27,693 nucleotides of DNA from Bdellovibrionia bacterium (lineage in GTDB: Bacteria; Bdellovibrionota; UBA1018): contig JBJMMA010000103.1 in the NCBI GenBank assembly GCA_045805065.1, positions 1-27,693 on the forward strand, in the 5' to 3' direction. Below, piece after piece: positions 16,699 through 24,618 of this stretch. Under the pieces are notes generated by a model. The model saw only the letters and a list, made by a program, of their open reading frames with translations, was not told the origin of the DNA and did no database searches. A program made the translations under genes and the position numbers. Numbering within the stretch: the stretch's first letter is position 1; each line of letters starts with the position of its first letter.

Positions 16699-17934
16699 TT
16701 ATCGGACGTACGCATGATCGAATGTCGACTGATTTGCGGTCAACTCGCGAATCAGTCGAGCGCCGGCGTACCACGGATCTCCCTCGTATTGCCCTCGCAG
16801 ATCAGAGCCGTTCTTGACGGTGCAACCCATAAGATGGGCTCCGGCTACCGTTGAGTCCTGGACAGTGGTTTGAGAGGCGGAGACGTAAGCAAGAGCGGAA
16901 TTCTCGATTTGAGAGTGATCCAAATTCGTATTCTTCAAGAATGCCCCATAGACATGGCTCTCATTGATCGCTAGCGATTTTTCACTCTTAAAATACAGTG
17001 TGCTGGACAGAATGGTGCTGTTGCTAATCTCGTAAGCGCTATTTTCGCAGAGGGCGAGAGTCACGCCCATGCCTAAGAAGCTATTCTTCAATTGGAGCGA
17101 ATTCGCACACTCGGGCCAGACAAACGCTCCTCCTGATACGACGCGGAATTGACTGATGCGGTCGTCGGCGTCTTTTTGTTCGATCATGCCAAGCTTCGAC
17201 GCCGCTGAGTAGAAAGCCTTGAGCCCCTCCATCTCCACCGCGGTCATGCTTGTACGATCACCGTAAAGAATCTGGGCCGTTTCTTTCCTTTGAAAACGTT
17301 GCAGCCAGGTATTGAACGTTGCGATGTCCGCTTGGTCGGCGTCAGGTCTGGCTGCCCAAAGTCTTTCGTGAATGATGGCGGCGGCCTGTTCTTCAACAGG
17401 GGCTTGCTTCCACTTTTCGACAAAAAGATAAGTTTCATTTCCAAAGGTGCAGCCGTACTGGAAATGCTCATCTACGGGACGCGAGAGGTCTGGCAGATAT
17501 CTGTTACAGGGAACGTTGTCTTCTCTCTCTTTCGGCACTAAAAGATAGAAACCTCGGCGATGGTGAAGTTCACCTGGTCCCTCGGTATCGAACACAGTTT
17601 GATCGAAAAACGTTCTACCTAACTCAGTGAAGTAGGCGCCGTAAAAGTGGGGTGCGATTAAAAGACGAGAGAGTAGTTGTTCGGATTGCGAAAGATAATC
17701 TCGGATTTCTTTTGGAAGATCCTTGTAGTGCACTCGAGTGATCTGCCGGACTTCGCTTATGGGGCGACCCGCATAGTAAGGGTCGGCGATCTTAGTCTGA
17801 CCATCGATAACGACATAACTTCCACCGCCTCCATCCATGCCGCCACGTGAAGACCATGCGTTAGAAGGCAAAAGACTAAGTGCGAGCATCGCGGCGGTCA
17901 CGCAATATCTTGATAAAGGCTTGAGCTTTCTCAT
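16699..17934 (-). CDS. Hypothetical secreted protein with N-terminal GGMDGGGG motif and C-terminal beta-solenoid-like repeats
   Basis: SD GAGGAG before ATG 17934, signal peptide (MRKLKPLSRYCVTAAMLALSLLPSNAWS), GGMDGGGG, AAIIHERLW segment and about 5-residue repeats (ISNSTILSSTL, IENSAL, VQDSTV). Confidence 0.8.
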   Translation of the reverse strand: MRKLKPLSRYCVTAAMLALSLLPSNAWSSRGGMDGGGGSYVVIDGQTKIADPYYAGRPISEVRQITRVHYKDLPKEIRDYLSQSEQLLSRLLIAPHFYGAYFTELGRTFFDQTVFDTEGPGELHHRRGFYLLVPKEREDNVPCNRYLPDLSRPVDEHFQYGCTFGNETYLFVEKWKQAPVEEQAAAIIHERLWAARPDADQADIATFNTWLQRFQRKETAQILYGDRTSMTAVEMEGLKAFYSAASKLGMIEQKDADDRISQFRVVSGGAFVWPECANSLQLKNSFLGMGVTLALCENSAYEISNSTILSSTLYFKSEKSLAINESHVYGAFLKNTNLDHSQIENSALAYVSASQTTVQDSTVAGAHLMGCTVKNGSDLRGQYEGDPWYAGARLIRELTANQSTFDHAYVR

Positions 17935-18114
17935 AACTGAAGGTCTCCTCTCATACCCAAAAGCACCTGTCATAACAATGCGCAGTAAATCTGCGATGGC
18001 ATATTCAACCCCTGAGGAATCACCATGATTTCTCAGGGATTTGAGTGTGGAATGGAATTTAGGCAGGTTGGGTAGTTTAAGCAATTTATATTCTGTCAAC
18101 TTGTCACGAATAAG

Positions 18115-18129
18115 TTTACAAGATGTAAA
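18115..18129. promoter_or_regulatory. Palindromic putative operator TTTACA-N3-TGTAAA
   Basis: TTTACA-AGA-TGTAAA ends 2 nt before the GTG of the second TIGR02147 gene; same core as 3426-3440. Confidence 0.65.
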
Positions 18130-18131
18130 GA

Positions 18132-18941
18132 GTGATTTTTAAATACGACGACTACCAGGAATTTCTTTCGGATGAGCTTCAGGTTCGGGCCAAGGCCAAC
18201 CGGGGCGAGTATGCGCGCTATGCTTCAGCGATCGGTTCGAGTGCTTCATTTGTCAGTCTGGTGATCAATCAGAAGCGACATCTCAACGAAGCGCAGGCAT
18301 TCAAAACACCGGATTACCTAGGGCTTGATTCAGTTGAGCGGGAGTATTTTTACGCGATTTACTATTCAAATCGCGCAGGATCGGAGCAGGTCAGAAATTA
18401 CTGGAAAACTAAGATCGAGAGCGTTCGAAAACAATCTCTTCGCCTGGATCGAAGGCTTGAGAAGGAAAAGGTACTCGCTGAGGATGAGCAGGCGATGTTT
18501 TATTCGTCCTGGCTCTACTCAGCCGCAAGGCTTCTCACCTCGATTCCGGGTTATCAGAGGGTGGATTCAATTCGACGTGCGCTCGATGTAACGCCCGAGC
18601 AAATTGACGCAATTATCGAATTTCTGGTCGGAACAGGCCTCGTGGTTCGAACGGAAAAGGGCCTGGAAATGGGACAGAGCCGGACTCATCTCTCTGCTCA
18701 ATCCCCCTTTATCGGGGGACATCATCGCAATTGGCGAACTCTATTGTTGAATAAGGTAGATCGGCTCTCTTCTGATGATCTGGTTTTCACGGGGCCCTGC
18801 ACGTTGAGCGCAGACGATTTCATGGCTGTACGAGAGACCCTCGCCAAGACGATTCAAAACGTATCCAATAAAGTTGCCAAGTCGCCTGCCGAGGAATTTG
18901 CTTGTCTGAATATTGATTGGTTTAGAGTCGTGAAAAAATAA
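18132..18941 (+). CDS. TIGR02147/DUF4423-family protein (putative HTH regulator)
   Basis: MIFKYDDYQEFL, HTH (ARYASAIGSSASFVSLVINQKRHL), FYSSWLYSAAR, HHRNWR and C-terminal LNIDWF; paralog of 2615-3412. Confidence 0.88.
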   Translation: MIFKYDDYQEFLSDELQVRAKANRGEYARYASAIGSSASFVSLVINQKRHLNEAQAFKTPDYLGLDSVEREYFYAIYYSNRAGSEQVRNYWKTKIESVRKQSLRLDRRLEKEKVLAEDEQAMFYSSWLYSAARLLTSIPGYQRVDSIRRALDVTPEQIDAIIEFLVGTGLVVRTEKGLEMGQSRTHLSAQSPFIGGHHRNWRTLLLNKVDRLSSDDLVFTGPCTLSADDFMAVRETLAKTIQNVSNKVAKSPAEEFACLNIDWFRVVKK

Positions 18942-18978
18942 AAAACCCCGCCGTAGCGCGAAGCTATGGCAGGGCTTT
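18940..18978 (-). terminator. Intrinsic terminator of the small minus-strand gene (possibly bidirectional)
   Basis: Imperfect hairpin CCCCGCCGTAGC-GCGAA-GCTATGGCAGGG with an A-run on its left side, which is a U-tract on the minus strand. Confidence 0.7.
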
Positions 18979-19036
18979 GAACTTTAAACGCAGCCTGGAT
19001 ATGAGGCCTAAGCCCCGCATATGGCGCGATTAAAAA

Positions 19037-19186
19037 TTACTGAGAAGCGCGATTGTAGAGCTTAGCCTTGGCCTTCTTGCTGCGCTCAACTGCCACTTTG
19101 TGGGCTTTAGGAGCGGTGCCTTCTTTGTAGGCGCGGGCTTTGTCGCGGAATTGCTTGGCGTGCTTGGCGCGAAGAGTTCTAGCCAT
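19037..19186 (-). CDS. Small highly basic protein, 49 aa (below the ORF-track cutoff)
   Basis: ATG 19186 to TAA 19037: MARTLRAKHAKQFRDKARAYKEGTAPKAHKVAVERSKKAKAKLYNRASQ. SD AAAGGAA, 16 K/R against 3 D/E, codons typical of highly expressed genes, downstream terminator. Confidence 0.8.
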   Translation of the reverse strand: MARTLRAKHAKQFRDKARAYKEGTAPKAHKVAVERSKKAKAKLYNRASQ

Positions 19187-19301
19187 AATTAAAAGTTCCT
19201 TTCAAAAAGAATAAATCCTGAGCTTACCGCTTTAACATGGGTTGGCTGCCGAGGCCAGTCGATCTTCTCGTAAAAAGGGAGTATAATCCAGAAATTCTCC
19301 T

Positions 19302-20690
19302 ATGGCAGACTTAAAGAAGATCAAATCCGGCGTCTTTTCGAGAGGTTTCGCCCTGGCCAAGGTGTCTGTTTCGGCAGGGGCCAAGGCCGCCTCGCATGCC
19401 GTTGGGGGGCTTTTCTCCTCAGAAGAAGAGAAAGCCGAAAGCCTGAAAAAGCTCATTTTTGACCAAGTGGGAATGCTCACTCGCGAGCTGGGTCAGCTCA
19501 AAGGAAGCCTGATGAAGGCAGGGCAGATGCTTTCCATGTATGGTGAGCACTTCCTTCCGCCCGAGGCCAATCAGCTTTTAAAAACGCTCCAAAGCCAGTC
19601 GCCGCCATTGGACTGGTCTGCCATGGAAAAGCAGCTCAAGCGCCAGCTGACAGCTGAACAGCTCGATCAGGTCGAAATTGAGCATACTGCGCTGGCTTCC
19701 GCTTCCCTGGGTCAGGTTCATCGGGTGCGCCGTAAGTCAGATGGCCGCTTACTCGCCATGAAAATTCAGTATCCTGGCGTGGATAAGGCCATTGATTCCG
19801 ATATCAGCTCGCTTCAATCTATTCTGACGGTTTCGCGACTGATCCCAGCGGGCCCTCGCTTTGATGAGCTTTTTCGCGAAGTCAGAACCATGCTCAAGCA
19901 GGAAGTCGATTATCGCAAAGAGCTTGTGGCAACCGACTACTTTCGTAAAGCCTTTGAGAATGATTCTCGCTTTATCGTTCCAGAAACGATCCCTGAGCTT
20001 TCCACCGCGCGCGTTCTGACCACGTCCTTTGAAGAAGGGATCGCAGTCGATAGCTCGGAAGTCATGGCTCTTTCTCAGGAGCGTCGCAACGCCATTGGCC
20101 TTGCGGTACTGGATGCTTACTTCAGAGAGCTTTTGGAGCTTCATCATGTCCAGACGGATCCTCATTTTGGAAATTACCGGCTGAGGATGGGAAAAGATGG
20201 CGCCCCGGATCGATTGGTGATGCTCGACTTTGGTGCGGTCAGGAAAGTGCCTCTGAGTTTCATCAAGCCCTATCGTGAGATGATCCGAGCTACGCTTGCG
20301 CAAAACGATGAGGGGATTCTTGATGCAGCCAAGGAGCTCGGGCTGATTGAGGATGGCGACCCGGAAGATCTTACGCGCCAGTTCACGGATCTTTGCTACG
20401 TCATTGTTGAGCCATTTCTGGGCCGGGAATATCTGCAGGGCAAGTTTCCAAAGTCCAACGGACTGTCGACCGAGTTTTTTGACGCACAAGGCATGTATGA
20501 CTGGGGTAAAACCGACCTCCCCAAGCGCGCGGCGCGCTTAGGCGCTAAGATGATCTTTTCGGCTAGACTCAGGGTGCCACCACGAGAGCTGGTCTTTTTG
20601 GACCGCAAAATGGGGGGCATGTTCATTTTCATGCATGCGCTCCGGGTCAAGGCAGATGCACGAGAATTGCTCGATCGTTATTTGAGCTGA
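19302..20690 (+). CDS. AarF/ABC1/UbiB-family atypical kinase (COQ8/ADCK3-like)
   Basis: KxGQ motif (MKAGQMLS), Ala-rich loop ASASLGQVH, AMKIQYPGV, QTDPHFGNY and LDFGA; TATAAT at 19282-19287 upstream. Confidence 0.93.
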   Translation: MADLKKIKSGVFSRGFALAKVSVSAGAKAASHAVGGLFSSEEEKAESLKKLIFDQVGMLTRELGQLKGSLMKAGQMLSMYGEHFLPPEANQLLKTLQSQSPPLDWSAMEKQLKRQLTAEQLDQVEIEHTALASASLGQVHRVRRKSDGRLLAMKIQYPGVDKAIDSDISSLQSILTVSRLIPAGPRFDELFREVRTMLKQEVDYRKELVATDYFRKAFENDSRFIVPETIPELSTARVLTTSFEEGIAVDSSEVMALSQERRNAIGLAVLDAYFRELLELHHVQTDPHFGNYRLRMGKDGAPDRLVMLDFGAVRKVPLSFIKPYREMIRATLAQNDEGILDAAKELGLIEDGDPEDLTRQFTDLCYVIVEPFLGREYLQGKFPKSNGLSTEFFDAQGMYDWGKTDLPKRAARLGAKMIFSARLRVPPRELVFLDRKMGGMFIFMHALRVKADARELLDRYLS

Positions 20691-20710
20691 CAGAAGCTTG
20701 GAGGTATAGT
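20682..20710 (+). promoter_or_regulatory. Putative sigma70 promoter
   Basis: TTGAGC-N17-TATAGT, ending 6 nt before ATG 20717. Confidence 0.45.
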
Positions 20711-20716
20711 CCTCTT

Positions 20717-22504
20717 ATGCCAACTATTCTACATAGACTTTCACACTGGGCTAAAGAAAACCCAGAGGCTGCTGCACAACGATATAAGAAAGACGGTACG
20801 TGGAACACGATCACGGCCCGCGAGTTCTGCAACCGGGTCTATTACCTGGCGCTATTTTTAGAATCACGCGGCCTGGCCAAGAACGAGGTTGGCGTCATCC
20901 TCTCGGTGAATTGCCCCGAGTGGGTGCATATCGATTTAGGCACCGTCCTGTATGGAATGAAGTCAGCGGGCCTTTATCCGAATTCGACCATCAAAGACGT
21001 TCACTACATTCTCAATCAAACGGAAGCGTCGATTGTCACCGTTCAAAATCGCAGCTTCTGGCACAAGATTGTTGGCGAAAACGGCGAGCATGAGCTTCCT
21101 GCTCGGGTCAAAACAGTGATCGCTCTCGATGGCGATACTTCCATTTCACCTCTTGCAATTTCGTACGAGGATGCGATCGCAGAAGGCCGCAGGATCGCTC
21201 AATCGACGCGTAAAACGAAAATGTCTGAGCTGCTGGATCAGATCGATCCGGATGAAGGTCGTTTTATCATCTACACCTCAGGCACGACCGGAAATCCGAA
21301 GGGCGCACTCTTATCGCTCGATAATCTGACTTATACGTCAGATCTCGCTTCAGACTTCTGGAAGCTTCCCTATGGACAAGGAACCTTATTTTCTTTCCTG
21401 CCTCTTTGTCACATCGCCGAGAAGATTCAAAACCTGGGCGTGGGAATCTCTCAGCGCTACACCGTGAGCTTTTCGACTAAGATTGAGCATGTGGCAAAAG
21501 AGCTTCCTGAAGTGGAGCCAACGCTTCTTCTTTCCGTTCCCCGTCTTTGGGAAAAGATGATGGAAGGAGTCTGCCATAAAGTGGATCAATCCACCGGCAT
21601 GAAGAAGAAAATGGCTCTTTGGGCGCTCGACGTTGGAAAGCGCGTGGCCGATGCGCGCTTCTCGGGTCGCTTTGTGAATCCAAAGGATCTGATCGAATAT
21701 CGAATTGCGGACAAGCTCGTGCTCTCCAAGATTCGAAATGCCATGGGACTTGGCAAAGTGGAGGTTTTGGCATCGGGTGCTGCTGCGCTGCCTGCTCATA
21801 TCTCGCGCTGGTTCCGTTGCCTGGGTCTTGAGATTTTAGAAGATTACGGTCAAACCGAGTCCACGGGCGTGATTTGCATGACGGAGCCTGGAGTCGAGTC
21901 TGCCGGCACGGTCGGAAAACCTGTCACAGGCGTTGAAGTGAAGATCGCTGAAGACGGCGAGATTCTGACCCGTGGCCGCCACGTTTTCAAAGGCTACTAC
22001 AAGAATCCTGAAGCCACGGCCACGACGCTTGTGGACGGATGGCTTCACACCGGCGATCTGGGTGAGTTGACCGATCGCGGTCTCATCCGAATCAAGGGAC
22101 GTAAGAAAGAAGTCTTGAAAACCTCGGGTGGAAAAATGGTTGCTCCTCTCCCTATCGAAGAAGCGATCAAGGCATTCCCAAAAGTCAGCCAGGTCTGCAT
22201 CGTGGGGGATGGAAGAAAGTATCTGACCGCCCTTGTGACGCTTTCTGAAGAAGCTCTTAAGGACGCAAAGAAGACGATCGGAGATTCTGGCCGCATCATC
22301 GAGAACGATGAGATCAAGCACGAGATTAAAAAGTACTTCGATGAGGTCAACGGAACCCTGGCAAGCTTTGAGCAGATCAAGCGCTTTGAGATTCTGGCCA
22401 ACGAGTTTTCGGTCGAATCAGGCGAGATGACCCCGACGCTCAAGATGAAGCGCGCGGTTGTCGAGAAGAACTACCAAGACATCATCGATCGGATGTACGC
22501 ATAA
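20717..22504 (+). CDS. Long-chain fatty acid-CoA ligase (AMP-dependent synthetase, FadD15/FAA1-like)
   Basis: IYTSGTTGNPKG, FLPLCHIAE, VPRLWEK, YGQTES, GWLHTGDLG, GRKKE and GEMTPTLKMKR motifs. Confidence 0.95.
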   Translation: MPTILHRLSHWAKENPEAAAQRYKKDGTWNTITAREFCNRVYYLALFLESRGLAKNEVGVILSVNCPEWVHIDLGTVLYGMKSAGLYPNSTIKDVHYILNQTEASIVTVQNRSFWHKIVGENGEHELPARVKTVIALDGDTSISPLAISYEDAIAEGRRIAQSTRKTKMSELLDQIDPDEGRFIIYTSGTTGNPKGALLSLDNLTYTSDLASDFWKLPYGQGTLFSFLPLCHIAEKIQNLGVGISQRYTVSFSTKIEHVAKELPEVEPTLLLSVPRLWEKMMEGVCHKVDQSTGMKKKMALWALDVGKRVADARFSGRFVNPKDLIEYRIADKLVLSKIRNAMGLGKVEVLASGAAALPAHISRWFRCLGLEILEDYGQTESTGVICMTEPGVESAGTVGKPVTGVEVKIAEDGEILTRGRHVFKGYYKNPEATATTLVDGWLHTGDLGELTDRGLIRIKGRKKEVLKTSGGKMVAPLPIEEAIKAFPKVSQVCIVGDGRKYLTALVTLSEEALKDAKKTIGDSGRIIENDEIKHEIKKYFDEVNGTLASFEQIKRFEILANEFSVESGEMTPTLKMKRAVVEKNYQDIIDRMYA

Positions 22505-22505
22505 A

Positions 22506-22744
22506 CCAAAAGGTGGTCGCCTCCTTTTTGTAGCGCAGGCGCGTCATTGTTGCCGAAAGCGCACAAAGCAAACTGAAATTAGAACTAAGATAAAGCCCTC
22601 GTTGTGACATCCTGTCACATTCCTTATGGCCCATCCTGGGCCGGAACGACTCGGGCTTTATCTTAGTTCTAATTTCAGTTTGCTTTGTTCGACTTTCAGA
22701 CTTTGCTGCACCTGTGCTACCAAAAGTAGGCGACCACCTTTTGG
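22506..22744. repeat. 239-nt long inverted-repeat element (REPIN/MITE-like or structured RNA)
   Basis: Perfect 17-bp outer IR (22506-22522/22728-22744), perfect 36-bp inner IR (22563-22598/22653-22688), imperfect pairing between them, and two small hairpins in the 54-nt loop. Confidence 0.92.
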
Positions 22745-22751
22745 GGGCTTT

Positions 22752-23288
22752 ATGAATGCTTATGAGTCGGGTTCTCGAAAAGTCATTCCGGCTGTTTTGA
22801 TCTATGTTCGCAGCGCTGATGATCGGATTTTGATGATCCATCGGTTGGGTGGCGTGGGCGGGCAGGGGAAGCCTGGCGATTATCATGCTGGCAAATGGAA
22901 CGGCATGGGGGGAAAGCTGGAGGCGGATGAGTCGCCTTGGCAGGGCGCGCGCCGCGAGCTTCGAGAGGAGACGGGAATCGATCTCACTGAGCAAGAGCTA
23001 AAACTCTTGGGCACGCTTCAGTTTCCTAATTTCAAAGCACACAAGAGTGAGGACTGGCTTTGCCTTGTTTTCACAGCGCGGATCCCGCAAGCATCCAGTG
23101 ATGTGAAGCTTGCTCCTTGTGATGAGGGAGCGCTTCAGTGGGTGCCAGCCGGCGATCTTTTATCGCTCAATCTCTGGCCTGGGGATCGCCATTTCATTCC
23201 CTACGTGCTTGAAGAAAAGCCATTTGCTGGAATGATTCGCTACCAGGGCCAGGATGTTATCGAGCATCGAGTTGAGCGGTTGACGTAG
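22752..23288 (+). CDS. NUDIX hydrolase, MTH1/MutT-like (putative 8-oxo-dGTP diphosphatase)
   Basis: GKWNGMGGKLEADESPWQGARRELREETG Nudix box and LNLWPGDRHFIP motif; start placed at ATG 22752. Confidence 0.9.
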   Translation: MNAYESGSRKVIPAVLIYVRSADDRILMIHRLGGVGGQGKPGDYHAGKWNGMGGKLEADESPWQGARRELREETGIDLTEQELKLLGTLQFPNFKAHKSEDWLCLVFTARIPQASSDVKLAPCDEGALQWVPAGDLLSLNLWPGDRHFIPYVLEEKPFAGMIRYQGQDVIEHRVERLT

Positions 23289-24618
23289 CCTGCCCAAGCG
23301 CTTTGTTGATCCGAAGAACCAGTACTTGAATCTCAACGACTGATTTCCAATTGCTTGAATTGGCTTCGGCTGCAGCAGACCAGGCAGGAGAAGCGTTTTG
23401 AGCGGCTTTCACAAGTTCCTGGATGGCGCGGATCTCATGAGTCTTGATCCACTCGCCTTGAAGAGAGCGAATTTTCTGAGCAGGTTCGATCGCGCTCGGG
23501 GAGGATTCGGCAAGGCTCAAAGCCAGGATGACGATTCTCTCAGAGAGAGCGTCGAGATCTTCCGAGCTCGATGAGCTTGAAATTGGAGAAGTCCGATTGA
23601 GATAGAAGCTCAGATCTGGCGGAAGACCAGGGCTCATCAGGAGAAGGCGTCCCAGCTCAACGAGATTGCTGCAAGACTGTCCCGATGATGTTTGCTTCAC
23701 GAGCATCTCGGATCCACCTTCAGATTGAACGCGTCTTAAAATTTTTGCCATCGGAACCCAAGCAGGGTTTACGGTGTCTCCGCTTAAGCCTACGACTTCA
23801 AGCTCGTCATCCGAGCTTGAGCCACCGATTCCATCGGGGTGTCCGCCACCTTTACCGATTTGCCTGCTTGAAATGGAATCCGCATGGGTCGGGCGAAAGC
23901 GAAATCCATAAGCGCTCATCTCAGGAACGGAGCGACGGACAGAAAACGGCGCAGGAATTTCAAGCTCAGGCTGAGAAAGCATGGCCATGACTTGCAGGCC
24001 AAGATCAGAGGATGGAAGCGCATAAACTCCGGATTGCTCGGAGTGATTCGGGTTCACCCAGTCTTGAAGCAGAATGCCTACGACTGATCCGTCGCGATTC
24101 AAAAGCGCGCCACCACTCATTCCTTTTTCGCCAAGTCCTGTTGCTTTGATCAGGGCAATGGGACGGGCAACACGAATTGCAGCGGTCGCAGCTTCAATGA
24201 CTTTTCCACTGCGTGAAGCCTTTGTCTCGGCTCCGCCTGGATAACCCACGAGACTCACGCTATCGCCTGCAGAGGGGAGCTTGGAAGCCAGGTTGCAGCT
24301 CACGCGGAGGGGAGAGGTCGGTGATAAGACCATCAAATCCGAAGCCCAGTCGCGGCGAAGCACGGTGGCTTCGATTTCCGTACCATTTGAGAGCATGACA
24401 CTCAGCTTGTCGCCGGCTCGGGTTTCAAAAGGGACGACATGGTCGGCAGTGACCAAGATCGAAGCTCCATTGAGGCTGAGTGGAATGGCTGATCCGTAGT
24501 AGAAGGTGTTACCTGATTGCGCTTGGACTCTTAAGATGTCACAGGCACCAAAAGCCGAGTGGGATGCAATCGTCGCAACCGCTGCCGCGAACGCAAAAAG
24601 TTTAGAGAGCTGGGACAT
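23257..24618 (-). CDS. Secreted trypsin-like (S1) serine protease with a C-terminal extension
   Basis: Signal peptide MSQLSKLFAFAAAVATIASHSAFG; catalytic triad motifs VTADHVV, SDLMVL and GMSGGAL. Confidence 0.85.
   Translation of the reverse strand: MSQLSKLFAFAAAVATIASHSAFGACDILRVQAQSGNTFYYGSAIPLSLNGASILVTADHVVPFETRAGDKLSVMLSNGTEIEATVLRRDWASDLMVLSPTSPLRVSCNLASKLPSAGDSVSLVGYPGGAETKASRSGKVIEAATAAIRVARPIALIKATGLGEKGMSGGALLNRDGSVVGILLQDWVNPNHSEQSGVYALPSSDLGLQVMAMLSQPELEIPAPFSVRRSVPEMSAYGFRFRPTHADSISSRQIGKGGGHPDGIGGSSSDDELEVVGLSGDTVNPAWVPMAKILRRVQSEGGSEMLVKQTSSGQSCSNLVELGRLLLMSPGLPPDLSFYLNRTSPISSSSSSEDLDALSERIVILALSLAESSPSAIEPAQKIRSLQGEWIKTHEIRAIQELVKAAQNASPAWSAAAEANSSNWKSVVEIQVLVLRINKALGQATSTAQLDAR

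Noticed and set aside
17935..18099. Upstream extensions of the 16699 ORF (and 3413-3490 of the first TIGR02147 ORF)
   Set aside because: They run through AT-rich promoter DNA; SD, signal peptide and family N-terminus support the downstream starts.
22563..22688. 36-nt repeat as a CRISPR repeat/anti-repeat or retron msr-msd
   Set aside because: Only two inverted copies, no spacer array, and no cas or reverse transcriptase gene in the window.
22506..22744. 6S RNA call for the long hairpin
   Set aside because: The 36-bp uninterrupted stem, the 239-nt length and the lack of a clear large central bubble are atypical; not called without an Infernal search.
22482..22994. 170-aa minus ORF, and the 22626 N-terminal extension of the NUDIX gene, both containing GLYLSSNFSLLC
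   Set aside because: The shared peptide is just the 36-bp inverted repeat read on both strands; the NUDIX gene most plausibly starts at 22752.
23257..23288. 32-nt tail-to-tail overlap of the NUDIX and protease genes
   Set aside because: Short convergent overlaps are common in compact genomes; no further signal.
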